This document shows, one piece after another, positions 22,755 through 32,193 of a DNA stretch of 64,000 nucleotides. The notes under the pieces are model-generated. The model was not told the DNA's origin. It did not search any database and saw only the letters and a list, made by a program, of their open reading frames with translations. This DNA is from Candidatus Eiseniibacteriota bacterium (GTDB taxonomy: Bacteria > Eisenbacteria > RBG-16-71-46 > CAIMUX01 > VGJL01). The DNA lies in contig JBHGAY010000007.1 in NCBI GenBank assembly GCA_041946735.1, positions 32,001-96,000 on the forward strand, given 5' to 3'. The position numbers were made by a program, and so were the translations under genes. Every line of letters starts with the position of its first letter. The first letter of the stretch is position 1.

Positions 22755-23753
22755 ATGCGCGAGCCGGCCGCCGCGAATCCGATCCGCGCCTTCCTCGTAG
22801 GGCCGACGGGCGTCGGAAAGACGGAGGTGGCGATCCACGTTGCGCGAGCGATCGACGCCGAGATCGTGAGCGTCGACGCGCGCCAGATCTACGAACGTCT
22901 CACGATCGGCACTGCCAAGCCGACCCCCGCGGAGCGCCACGCCGTCCGCCATCACCTGATCGACCGCCTCGACCCCCGCGAGCGCTGCTCCGCGGGGCGG
23001 TTCCTCTCGATGTTTCGCGAGACCCTCGACGATCTGCGGGCGCGTGGCCGTGCCGGTCTCGCCGTCGGGGGGGCGGGCCTCTATGTCGACGCCTGCCTCG
23101 GCCGGTTCCACGACCTTCCTCCCGCCGACGAGGCATTTCGCGCGCGCGCCCTGCGCATCGAGGAGCAGGAGGGACCGGGCTCGCTCCATCGGCGCCTGTG
23201 TGCGGTCGATCCGGCGACCGCCTCCCGTCTCGCTCCCCGCGATCTGCAGCGGATCGTTCGTGCGCTCGAAGTGTCGGAGCGCGCCGGGCGGCCGATGTCC
23301 GAGCTGTTCGCCGCAGCGACGGAGGCGGCGTGCCCGCCCGAAACGCCGGTCATCCTGCTCGATCGCCTCACGCGGGATCTCTACACGAGAATCGAGGCGC
23401 GCTGCGAAGCGATGCTCGCCGCAGGTCTGCTCCGCGAGGTGCGCGGGCTGCTCGAGGCGGGAGTGCAGCCGGACGCCGCGGGGATGAAGTCGGTCGGCTA
23501 CGCCGAGTGGATCGCATACCTCAGCGGCCGGATCGATCACGACCAGGCGCACGAGCTCTTCCTTCGCAACTCGCGCCGCTACGCCAAACGCCAGCGCACC
23601 TGGTTCCGGAACCGGCACCCCGACCGGATCGAGATCCGGATTCCCGAGGGCCAGCCGCCCGAAGCGACGGCCGCGCAAGTATTGGAGGTCCTGGACGCGC
23701 GCGAGCGCCGGGCGGGCAGGGATGGCCGCCGGGGGGACCGAGATGATCCTTGA
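22755..23753 (+). CDS. miaA: tRNA dimethylallyltransferase
   Basis: [16 protein letters not shown]...IGTAKP, VGGAGLY, RRYAKRQRTWF; mutL-miaA order. Confidence 0.95.
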   Translation: MREPAAANPIRAFLVGPTGVGKTEVAIHVARAIDAEIVSVDARQIYERLTIGTAKPTPAERHAVRHHLIDRLDPRERCSAGRFLSMFRETLDDLRARGRAGLAVGGAGLYVDACLGRFHDLPPADEAFRARALRIEEQEGPGSLHRRLCAVDPATASRLAPRDLQRIVRALEVSERAGRPMSELFAAATEAACPPETPVILLDRLTRDLYTRIEARCEAMLAAGLLREVRGLLEAGVQPDAAGMKSVGYAEWIAYLSGRIDHDQAHELFLRNSRRYAKRQRTWFRNRHPDRIEIRIPEGQPPEATAAQVLEVLDARERRAGRDGRRGDRDDP

Positions 23754-23778
23754 CACCCCCGGAGGGGGCACCTAGGCT
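23750..23778 (+). promoter_or_regulatory. sigma70 promoter for tRNA-Gly
   Basis: TTGACA-17 bp-TAGGCT, 18 bp upstream of the tRNA. Confidence 0.8.
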
Positions 23779-23796
23779 GGGAAACGCGGTGGCGAA

Positions 23797-23871
<75 letters not shown>

Positions 23872-23878
23872 AGTTCTC

Positions 23879-23915
23879 GCCGAAGGGCCCCCGCGCGGGC
23901 CCTTCGGCTCTTTGT
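23879..23915 (+). terminator. Intrinsic terminator after tRNA-Gly
   Basis: GCCGAAGGGCCC / GGGCCCTTCGGC 12-bp stem followed by TCTTTGTT. Confidence 0.75.
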
Positions 23916-23981
23916 TCTGGGGATTCAGCTCGCCCCAATGGGGCCGGATCCCCACCGCCCGAGGTCGCGACGGAGAACAGA

Positions 23982-25247
23982 ATGGTCATCCGCTCCATCC
24001 AGCCCGAGTCTCCCGCCGCCCGCATCGGCATCCAGCCGGGCGAGGACCTGGTCTCGATCAACGGCAACCCGATCCGCGATCTGCTCGACTACCACTTCCA
24101 CGTCGCTGATGCCGATCTCGAGATCGTCGTCTCTCCGAGGCCCGGAGAGAGCCGCACCCTCACCGTCCTGCTCGAACCGGGGGAGGATCTCGGGGTCGGC
24201 ATCGACGCCATGAAGACGCGGCTGTGCGGCAACTCCTGCCTCTTCTGCTTCATCGACCAGAACCCGAAGGGGATGCGCAAGACGATCTACGTCAAGGACG
24301 AGGACTACCGGCTCTCCTTTCTGCACGGCAACTTCGTGACCTTGACGAACATGAAGAAGTGGGAGCTGGAGAGGATCGTCGAGCAGCGGCTGACGCCCCT
24401 GTACATCTCCGTGCACTCCACCAATCCGGAGACCCGCCGTCGCTTGCTTCGCCCGAAGGTCGATCGCGATATCCTGAGCCTGATCGACTGGCTCGGCGAG
24501 AACGAGATCGAGATGCACACGCAGATCGTGCTCTGCCCCGGCTACAACGACGGCCCTGACCTCGAAGGGACCTTGCGGGACCTGGCCTCGCGCTGGCCGC
24601 GCGTGCGGAGCCTCGCGATCGTGCCTCTCGGCATGACCGAGCACCGCGAGGGTTTGATCCCGCTCGAGCGGATGACCGCGGAGAAGGCCCGCGAGATCGT
24701 GGAGCAGGTCCGCCCGTATCAGGAGCGCTGCCGGCGGGAGATCGGCGCGACCTTCGTCCATCTCGCGGATGAGTTCTACCGGCTCCTCGGAATGGAGACT
24801 CCCCCCGTCGCGCACTACGACGGCTTCCCGCAGCTGGAGAATGGGATCGGCATGACGCGCCACTTCCTCGCGCGCCTCGCCCGTGCCCGGCATCTCTTCG
24901 CCGAGGAGACCCGGCGCGGGGACCGGGTCCTGACGCTCGTGACGGGGCAGTTGTTCGAGCCGATCCTCAAGCCGGCGATCGACCGGGCCTTGGCCCGCAC
25001 GAAGGAGCCGGTCGAGGTGCGAATCGTCGGGTGCGAGAACCGGTTCTTTGGGACATCGGTTACCGTCGCCGGGCTGTTGACGGGCGGCGACATCGCGCGC
25101 GGGCTCGAGGGAAAGGACCTGGGCGACCGCGTCCTGCTGCCCCCCGCGACGCTGAACGACGAGGAGACGTTTCTCGACGACATGCGCCTGGCGGATCTCG
25201 CCGATCGCTTCGGCGTGCCGTTCCAGGCGGGGTTCTTCCGGACGTGA
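23982..25247 (+). CDS. PDZ + DUF512 putative radical SAM / Fe-S protein (TIGR03279-like)
   Basis: N-terminal PDZ (SPAARIGIQPGE), CGNSCLFC CxxxCxxC motif, YVKDEDYRLSFLHGNFVTLTN, QLENGIG, VAGLLTG. Confidence 0.88.
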   Translation: MVIRSIQPESPAARIGIQPGEDLVSINGNPIRDLLDYHFHVADADLEIVVSPRPGESRTLTVLLEPGEDLGVGIDAMKTRLCGNSCLFCFIDQNPKGMRKTIYVKDEDYRLSFLHGNFVTLTNMKKWELERIVEQRLTPLYISVHSTNPETRRRLLRPKVDRDILSLIDWLGENEIEMHTQIVLCPGYNDGPDLEGTLRDLASRWPRVRSLAIVPLGMTEHREGLIPLERMTAEKAREIVEQVRPYQERCRREIGATFVHLADEFYRLLGMETPPVAHYDGFPQLENGIGMTRHFLARLARARHLFAEETRRGDRVLTLVTGQLFEPILKPAIDRALARTKEPVEVRIVGCENRFFGTSVTVAGLLTGGDIARGLEGKDLGDRVLLPPATLNDEETFLDDMRLADLADRFGVPFQAGFFRT

Positions 25248-26566
25248 GCCTGCCGATCGTGGCGATCGTCGGCCGGCCCAACGTGGGGAAGTCGACCCTG
25301 TTCAACCGGATTCTCGGCCGCTCCCTCGCCGTCGTGGACGACATCCCCGGGATCACGCGCGACCGGCACTACGCGGTGGTCGAGTGGGCGGGCCGGAGCT
25401 TCCGTCTCGTCGACACGGGGGGATGGGTTCCCGAAGGGATCGAGGCGATGGACCGCCGCATCCTCACGCAGGTCGAGCGGGCGATCGAGGAGTGCGACCT
25501 CGTCCTCTTTCTCGTGGACGCGCGCGATGGGGTGCAGCCACACGACCAGGAGATCGCGCGCGAGCTGATGCGGCGCGGAGCCAACGCGATCCTCGTCGCG
25601 AACAAGGTCGATTCGGACCGCCTCGAAGCGGACGCATCGGAGTTCGCCTCGCTCGGGCTCGACGGTTCCCCGTGGACGATCTCCGCCGCGCAGGGACGCG
25701 GCATCGGGGAGTTGCTCGACGTCGTGGTCGAGCGGATCCCGACGCGGGCGCCCGCGACCACGGAGCGAGCGGCCGGAATCCGGATCGCGGTCCTGGGACG
25801 GCCGAACGTCGGCAAGTCCTCGATCGTCAACCGCCTCCTAGGCGAGGAGCGGATGATCGTCGACGACGTTCCGGGGACGACGCGCGACGCGATCGACACG
25901 CCGTTCCGCTGGCACGGGCGGGAGATGGTGCTCGTGGACACCGCGGGGATCCGCCGGAAGCTCGGCTCGCATCCGGACTTCGAGTTCTATGCGACGCTCC
26001 GCGCGATCCGAAGTCTCGACTCGGCCGACGTGGCGCTGCTCGTCCTCGACGCCAACGAGCCGGTGCGCAAGCAGGACCTGCGGATCGCGAAGATGATCGA
26101 GGAGGCGGGCCGCGGGTGCGTCTGGGTCTTCAACAAGTGGGACCTCGTCGAGAAGAGCGACAACACGGCCGCGCAGATGCTCGAGACGGTCCGAGCCGAG
26201 ATTCCGTTCCAGGCGTATGCCCCCGCGGAGTTCGTCTCGGCGCTTACCGTCCAACGGATCAGCCGTCTTCCGGAACGGATCGTCCAGGCATACGAGTCGA
26301 CGCAGCGCAAAGTCGCAACCGCCGAGTTGAACGAGGTGGTCCGGCGCGCGGTCGACGCCAACCCTCCGAAGTACGTCGCCGGGGAGAAGCCGGTGCGCAT
26401 CTACTACGCCACGCAGGTGCGGACCGGGCCGCCGACCTTCGCTCTCTTCGTCTCCAACCCGCAACGCCTCGCGCGCGACTACGAGCGCTACCTCGTCCAC
26501 GCGCTTCGCGGCGCTTTCGACTTCACCGGCAGCCCCATCCGGCTGCAGATCCGCAAGAGCACATGA
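25244..26566 (+). CDS. der: Ribosome biogenesis GTPase Der (EngA)
   Basis: Two GRPNVGKS G domains, DTGG/DTAG, NKVD/NKWD, C-terminal PPTF domain. Confidence 0.96.
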   Translation: MSLPIVAIVGRPNVGKSTLFNRILGRSLAVVDDIPGITRDRHYAVVEWAGRSFRLVDTGGWVPEGIEAMDRRILTQVERAIEECDLVLFLVDARDGVQPHDQEIARELMRRGANAILVANKVDSDRLEADASEFASLGLDGSPWTISAAQGRGIGELLDVVVERIPTRAPATTERAAGIRIAVLGRPNVGKSSIVNRLLGEERMIVDDVPGTTRDAIDTPFRWHGREMVLVDTAGIRRKLGSHPDFEFYATLRAIRSLDSADVALLVLDANEPVRKQDLRIAKMIEEAGRGCVWVFNKWDLVEKSDNTAAQMLETVRAEIPFQAYAPAEFVSALTVQRISRLPERIVQAYESTQRKVATAELNEVVRRAVDANPPKYVAGEKPVRIYYATQVRTGPPTFALFVSNPQRLARDYERYLVHALRGAFDFTGSPIRLQIRKST

Positions 26567-27183
26567 GCGAGGGAGAGGTTGCGCGGGCCGCCGTTGCGCT
26601 GGCGACCGCCTTCCTGCTGGGGTCGCTGCCGTTCGGGCTCTGGTGGGGGAAGGCAATCGCCGGGATCGACCCGCGCGAGCACGGCAGCCGGAATCTCGGG
26701 GCGACGAATGTCTACCGCGTGCTCGGCGCGCGTCACGGGATCGCCGTTCTCCTCCTCGACGTCGGCAAGGGAATCGCGGCCGTCTGTCTGGCCCGGGGAC
26801 TCTCTGCGGCCCCAGGCATCCCGCTCCTCGCGGGTCTACTGGCGGTCGCCGGCCACATGGCCACGCCCTTCGCGCGTTTCCGTGGCGGCAAGGGAGTCGC
26901 GACGGGCCTCGGGATCTGGATCGTCCTCGCCCCGGCCGGGGCCGCGGCCGCCCTCGCCGTTTTCGCCGCGGTCCTCGCCCTCTCCCGCCGCGTTTCCGCC
27001 GCTAGCCTGTCGGCGGCCGCGGCCCTGCCCATCGCGGTTTGGCTCCTCCCTTCGCCGGAGCCGGTCTTGCCTCGTGTCCTCTTCGCCCTGGTGACCGGCG
27101 GCCTGGTCTGGCTCCGGCATCGGACGAACCTCGCGCGGCTCGCGCGCGGGCAGGAGCCGCCGCTGTGGGGAGCCGGGACGTGA
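26563..27183 (+). CDS. plsY: Glycerol-3-phosphate acyltransferase PlsY
   Basis: GSLPFG, GSRNLGATNVYR, DVGKG, GH, FRGGKGVAT, RHRTNLARL. Confidence 0.93.
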   Translation: MSEGEVARAAVALATAFLLGSLPFGLWWGKAIAGIDPREHGSRNLGATNVYRVLGARHGIAVLLLDVGKGIAAVCLARGLSAAPGIPLLAGLLAVAGHMATPFARFRGGKGVATGLGIWIVLAPAGAAAALAVFAAVLALSRRVSAASLSAAAALPIAVWLLPSPEPVLPRVLFALVTGGLVWLRHRTNLARLARGQEPPLWGAGT

Positions 27184-28184
27184 CGGGGCCGACCGCGATC
27201 CTGGGGGGCGGATCCTGGGGGACGGCGCTCTCGATCCTCCTCGCCGGCCGGGGTGCCCCGGTGCGGCTCTGGGCTTTCGAGCCGGAGGAAGCCCAGCGCA
27301 TGGAGGCGGAGCGCGAGAACGCCACCTTCCTGCCAGGTTTTCGTTTCCCTCCGACACTTCATGTGATGTATCGGATTGAGGAGGCGCTGGAGGAGGCGGA
27401 GGCGATCGTTCTGGCCGTGCCTTCGACCGTCCTGCGAGGGGTGGTCGAGCAGATCGATCCGGCGCGGGTGACCGGACGGGACGTCGTCGTTGCGACCAAG
27501 GGGCTCGAGGAGGAGTCGGGCAAGAGGATGAGCGAGGTCGTGCGGGAGAGATTGCCGGAGGCGCCCATCGCGGTGCTCGCCGGGCCGAGCCTGGCGCGCG
27601 AGGTGGCCGCGGGCCTTCCGGCAAGCGTGCTGTCCGCCTCCGCCGATCCAGCGTGCGCGGCTCGGGTGCGCGAGAGATTTCACGGTCCCTTCTTTCGCGT
27701 CTACGAGTCCTCGGACGTCGCGGGAGTCGAGGTGGGGACGGCGCTCAAGAACGTCATCGCGCTCGCTGCCGGGATCGCGGACGGCATGAAGCTTGGGGAG
27801 AACGCGAAGGGAGCGCTGCTGACGCGCGGCCTCGCGGAGATCACGCGTCTCGGCGTCGCCCTCGGGGCGCGGCGCGAGACCTTCCTCGGGCTCGCGGGTG
27901 TGGGGGATCTCGTGACGACCTGCTCTTCGCCGCTCTCACGCAACCGGAGCCTCGGGGAGATGCTCGGGCGCGGCATTCCGTTTCGCGAAGCGGCCGCCCG
28001 CATGACGCAGGTCGCGGAGGGGGTGCCGACCACTCGATCCGCCTGGCGCCTGTCCCGCCGGCTTTCGATCGAGATGCCGATCACTGAGCAGGTCCATCAG
28101 GTCCTCTTCGAGGGGCTCGACCCGGTCGCGGGTCTGCGGGCTCTCATGGGCCGGCCTCCTCGTGCCGAAGGAGAGGAAGGATGA
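27180..28184 (+). CDS. gpsA: NAD(P)H-dependent glycerol-3-phosphate dehydrogenase
   Basis: GGGSWGTA, ATKGLE, GPSLA, ALKNVIA, GLAGVGDLVTTC.S..SRN, AEGV. Confidence 0.95.
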   Translation: MTGPTAILGGGSWGTALSILLAGRGAPVRLWAFEPEEAQRMEAERENATFLPGFRFPPTLHVMYRIEEALEEAEAIVLAVPSTVLRGVVEQIDPARVTGRDVVVATKGLEEESGKRMSEVVRERLPEAPIAVLAGPSLAREVAAGLPASVLSASADPACAARVRERFHGPFFRVYESSDVAGVEVGTALKNVIALAAGIADGMKLGENAKGALLTRGLAEITRLGVALGARRETFLGLAGVGDLVTTCSSPLSRNRSLGEMLGRGIPFREAAARMTQVAEGVPTTRSAWRLSRRLSIEMPITEQVHQVLFEGLDPVAGLRALMGRPPRAEGEEG

Positions 28185-28591
28185 ACGAGCCGCCTGATTC
28201 CACCCCATCGCCGGAGCCGTTCACGCCCAAGACGTACCGCTCCATTTCGGAGGTCGCTGAGCTGCTTTCCGTCAAGCCCCACGTGCTTCGGTACTGGGAG
28301 ACCCAGTTCCCGATGCTCCATCCAAAGAAGGGGAAGTCCGGGAGCCGGATGTACCGGCAGCGCGACGTCGAACTGCTCGGGAGGATTCGCGCCCTCCTTT
28401 ACGAGAAGGGGTTCACCATCCGCGGAGCCCGGCAGAGGATTCGACAGGAGCAGCGGGAGAGAGGCGGAGAGGGGCAGCTCGGCCTCGGGATCGAAAACCC
28501 CGTCGCGACCGGTCTGGCCGAGATTCGCGAGGAGCTCGAGGCAATCCGCAATGCGCTGAGGCCCACGAAACAACGATCGCGCCCGATCTAA
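28181..28591 (+). CDS. MerR-family transcriptional regulator
   Basis: YRSISEVAELLSVKPHVLRYWETQF...R.Y...LLYEKGFTIRGA. Confidence 0.9.
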   Translation: MNEPPDSTPSPEPFTPKTYRSISEVAELLSVKPHVLRYWETQFPMLHPKKGKSGSRMYRQRDVELLGRIRALLYEKGFTIRGARQRIRQEQRERGGEGQLGLGIENPVATGLAEIREELEAIRNALRPTKQRSRPI

Positions 28592-28734
28592 CGTTTGCCA
28601 TCGACGATTTTCCTTCCTAAGCAACCTGCTACACCGTAGAATTGGTGAAAATCTGTCCGTCTCACGGCCGGAAGAATCTGCCGGGGGCCGGGCCGATGGA
28701 ACACGGCACAACAACGCAAGGAGATCGGCACACG

Positions 28735-29436
28735 ATGGTACGAAAGACACTCGGCGGATGGGGCAGGGCCTCGTTGGCGATGGCGGTTCTCACCGCACTC
28801 GCCTTCGCTCCGGCCACCGTCTGGGCATACAGCGGAATGCTCTCCAGCACACTGGGAGAGATCACGGGTACGGGCAACTGGATCGTGACGGGGCCGACCA
28901 GTCTCGACTGGACCGTTACGCAGAACCAGGACAACTCCTGGCACTACTCCTATTCCTTCTCGCATCCGGTCGGGAACACCAGCCACTTCCTGCTCGAGAC
29001 CTCGGCCAACATCACCGAGAAAGATCTGTTCAATTTCACCGGCGACTTCAGCTCCTGGCAGCTCGGCACTTGGGGGGATCAGGGAAACAGCAACCCGGGA
29101 ATTCCCGAGGATCTCTTCGGGATCAAGTTCTCAGGCACGACCGGACTCACGACGAACATGGCGTTCGACTCCTGGCGCGCCCCGACGTGGGGCGACTTCT
29201 ACTCGAAGGACGGCAATGCGGGCGGCCTGGGCGCGAATGCAGCGTGGAATGCCGGCTTCACCGCCAACGACATCGATCCGATCAGCGACCCCTCGGACGG
29301 CTCGCTGGACAATCACCTTCTCGTTCCCGACACCCGGGTCACGAACCCCGTTCCGGAGCCGGGATCGATGCTCCTTCTCGGCACGGGTCTCGTGGGCACG
29401 GGCCTCTTCCGGCGGCTTCGCCGCAAGGAGGCGTAA
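28735..29436 (+). CDS. PEP-CTERM sorting domain-containing surface protein
   Basis: AAGGAG upstream, N-terminal signal peptide, Ser/Thr/Asn/Gly-rich body, C-terminal [26 protein letters not shown]. Confidence 0.92.
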   Translation: MVRKTLGGWGRASLAMAVLTALAFAPATVWAYSGMLSSTLGEITGTGNWIVTGPTSLDWTVTQNQDNSWHYSYSFSHPVGNTSHFLLETSANITEKDLFNFTGDFSSWQLGTWGDQGNSNPGIPEDLFGIKFSGTTGLTTNMAFDSWRAPTWGDFYSKDGNAGGLGANAAWNAGFTANDIDPISDPSDGSLDNHLLVPDTRVTNPVPEPGSMLLLGTGLVGTGLFRRLRRKEA

Positions 29437-29532
29437 CGGTTCGACCGATATCGCGAGAGGCATCCATTCGGGCGCCCGGGGGATCGTCCTCCGGGCGTTC
29501 GCCTTGGGGGCCCGGCGCGCCGTCCTCCCCCC

Positions 29533-29561
29533 TTGCTTTCTCCGCTACCCCGGCCGATACT
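29533..29561 (+). promoter_or_regulatory. Possible sigma70 promoter for tRNA-Pro-surE-pcm
   Basis: TTGCTT-17 bp-GATACT. Confidence 0.45.
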
Positions 29562-29614
29562 CGGCCTTGCGGGTCCGTGGCCTGAAGTCGGCAAGGGCTC
29601 GCTCGGCGGTTCGG

Positions 29615-29692
<78 letters not shown>

Positions 29693-29723
29693 CCTCTTTT
29701 CTTCCCCCGTTCACCGGAAGACC

Positions 29724-30539
29724 ATGGAGATCCTGCTCACCAACGACGACGGTGTCCTTGCGCGTGGTCTTCTCGCCGTGCGCGACGCTCTCGCCACGCT
29801 GGGGACCGTGTGGGTCGTCGCTCCCGAGCAGGAGCAGAGCGGGACGAGCCATTCGCTGACCCTGCACCGTCCCCTTCGGGTTCGGCGCATCGAAGAGAGG
29901 GTCTTCTCGGTCGACGGCACACCGACCGACTGCGTGCTCCTCGCCTGCCGCGGCCTGCCCGACCTTACGTCCGCGCGCATCGATCTCGTCGTGTCGGGGA
30001 TCAACCACGGGCCCAACCTGGGCGACGACATCTCGTATTCCGGAACCGTCGCAGCAGCGATGGAGGGGGTTCTCCTCGGCCGCCCGTCGCTCGCGATCTC
30101 GGCCTCGACCCGCCGCCTGGACGAGGATTTCGCGGCCGCGGCGACGATCGCGCGACGGCTCGTGGCAACCGTCGCCGAGCGCTCCCTGCCCCCTGGGGTC
30201 CTGTTGAACGTCAACGTTCCGGGGCGCCCGCTCGAGGAGATTCGCGGCTTCAAGGTCACGCGGCTCGGAAAGAAGAGCTACACGGGACAGGTCGTGCAGA
30301 ACGTCGACCCGCGAGGGAGACCGTACTACTGGATCGGCGAGGAGGCGGCGGTCTTCGAGCCGCAGCCCGACGCCGACTTCACGGCGGTCGACGAAGGGTA
30401 CGTCTCGATCACGCCGGTGCATCTCGACCTGACCGACCATGCCGCGATCGCCGAGCTCTCCCGCTGGAGCTTCGACGGCAAGGGAAGCAGGGAGGCCGGG
30501 AGCGCAACGGGCGACGAGGGAGAGGCGGAGCGGCGTTGA
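29724..30539 (+). CDS. surE: 5'/3'-nucleotidase SurE
   Basis: ILLTNDDG, QSGTSHSLT, GTPTDCV, SGINHGPNLG..YSGTVAAAMEG. Confidence 0.96.
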   Translation: MEILLTNDDGVLARGLLAVRDALATLGTVWVVAPEQEQSGTSHSLTLHRPLRVRRIEERVFSVDGTPTDCVLLACRGLPDLTSARIDLVVSGINHGPNLGDDISYSGTVAAAMEGVLLGRPSLAISASTRRLDEDFAAAATIARRLVATVAERSLPPGVLLNVNVPGRPLEEIRGFKVTRLGKKSYTGQVVQNVDPRGRPYYWIGEEAAVFEPQPDADFTAVDEGYVSITPVHLDLTDHAAIAELSRWSFDGKGSREAGSATGDEGEAERR

Positions 30540-31231
30540 TCTCGCCCGAGGGAGACCCGGTCGGCGCGCGGGCGCGCATGGTCGAGCAGCAGCTCCGATC
30601 GCGAGGAATCCGCGATGAGCGTGTTCTCGCAGCGTTCCTGGAGGTCCCGCGCCACCTCTTCGTCGAGCCGGCAATGCAGGACTCCGCGTACGGGGACCAT
30701 GCGCTTCCGATCGGCCACGGGCAGACGATCTCGCAGCCGTACATGGTCGCGCTGATGACCTCCGCGCTCCGGACGCGCCCCGAGCACAGGGTCCTCGAGA
30801 TCGGGACGGGCTCGGGATACCAGGCGGCGATCCTTTCCCGCCTGGTGCGAACGGTCTTTTCGATCGAGCGGATTCCAGCGCTCGTCCAGCGTGCGCAGGC
30901 GATCCTGAAGGAGCTTTCGATCGGCAACGTGATCCAGCGGCAGGGGGACGGCTCCCTGGGTTGGAAGGGCTTCGCGCCGTTCGAAGGGATCGTCGTGACG
31001 GCGGGCGCTCCCCGGATCCCCGAGACGCTGCTCGAACAGCTTGCCGAGGGCGGGCGTCTCGTCATCCCGGTCGGCGGCGGATCGAGTCAGATTCTTCGGA
31101 TCGTGGAACGACGGGGCGGGGAGTTCGTCGAGGAGAAGTCGTGCGCCTGCGCCTTCGTCCCTCTGCTCGGACGGGAGGGCTGGCCCGATCCGGCGCGAGA
31201 GCAGCCGCAGGGAGGCGGGGACACTCCGTGA
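30536..31231 (+). CDS. pcm: Protein-L-isoaspartate O-methyltransferase (alternative start 30578)
   Basis: VPRHLFV, GQTISQPYMVA, VLEIGTGSGYQAA, GGRLVIPVG, FVPL; surE-pcm order. Confidence 0.95.
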   Translation: MISPEGDPVGARARMVEQQLRSRGIRDERVLAAFLEVPRHLFVEPAMQDSAYGDHALPIGHGQTISQPYMVALMTSALRTRPEHRVLEIGTGSGYQAAILSRLVRTVFSIERIPALVQRAQAILKELSIGNVIQRQGDGSLGWKGFAPFEGIVVTAGAPRIPETLLEQLAEGGRLVIPVGGGSSQILRIVERRGGEFVEEKSCACAFVPLLGREGWPDPAREQPQGGGDTP

Positions 31232-31239
31232 TTCGACCC

Positions 31240-31268
31240 TGGACAGCGCCGGACACCGATGCTAGCGT
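31240..31268 (+). promoter_or_regulatory. sigma70 promoter for tRNA-Pro(CGG)-apt
   Basis: TGGACA-17 bp-TAGCGT, 23 bp upstream of the tRNA. Confidence 0.6.
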
Positions 31269-31291
31269 CACCACGGTGGTTCTGACTTGGT

Positions 31292-31367
<76 letters not shown>

Positions 31368-31397
31368 TCCTCATCACTTTCGCTCGGATCCCATCCC

Positions 31398-31931
31398 ATG
31401 AGAGACGATCTTCCCGAGCGGCTCCGCCGTTCGATCCGCGACATTCCGGACTTTCCGCAGCCGGGCGTCCTCTTCCGGGACGTTACGACGCTCTTGCTGG
31501 ATCCCGGCCTGGTCGCCGAGGCGATCGATGCCCTCTGGGAAACCTTCGACCGGCGCGGGATCACCCACGTGGTCGCGGTCGAGGCGCGCGGGTTCATCCT
31601 GGGGATGGGGATCGCCATGCGCTGCAAGCTCCCGCTCGTCCTGATGCGCAAGCCGGGCAAGCTGCCGGCGGAGCGCCTGAGCGAGGAGTACGAGCTGGAA
31701 TACGGAAAGGGGCGGCTCGAGGTCCACGCGGACGCCCTCCGGCCGGGGGATCGCGTGCTCATCGTGGACGACGTCCTCGCCACGGGAGGCACGGCCGCCG
31801 CCGCGGGGCGACTCGTCCGCCGCTGCGGGGCGGAGCTCGTCGGCTACGCCTTCCTCGCCGAGCTTGGTTTTCTCGAGGGGCGAGCGAGACTCGAGGGGTG
31901 TCACGTCCTCTCCCTCCTCCGTTACGATTGA
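31398..31931 (+). CDS. apt: Adenine phosphoribosyltransferase
   Basis: IPDFPQPGVLFRDVT, EARGF, RKPGKLP, YELEYG, VDDVLATGGT. Confidence 0.96.
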   Translation: MRDDLPERLRRSIRDIPDFPQPGVLFRDVTTLLLDPGLVAEAIDALWETFDRRGITHVVAVEARGFILGMGIAMRCKLPLVLMRKPGKLPAERLSEEYELEYGKGRLEVHADALRPGDRVLIVDDVLATGGTAAAAGRLVRRCGAELVGYAFLAELGFLEGRARLEGCHVLSLLRYD

Positions 31932-32015
31932 GACCAGGTCCGCGACGCGACGCGGATTGCACGCGGCGGGACGTCCATCCGTCCCCCCGCGCCGTCCGGA
32001 AGCGTTCGATGTCGA

Positions 32016-32089
<74 letters not shown>

Positions 32090-32193
32090 AGGAGAGCGGG
32101 GATCGCGGGCGAACCGTGATCCCCGCTCGTCGCTCCCGCTCCCCGGCTCTCCGGTTGGGGGAGCGGAGGATCGAAGGGGCGAGAGGAGTCGGG

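Noticed and set aside
28704..28718. CGGCACAACAACGC as a sigma54 promoter for the PEP-CTERM gene
   Set aside because: GG-to-GC spacing is 9 rather than the required 10, and it abuts the RBS.
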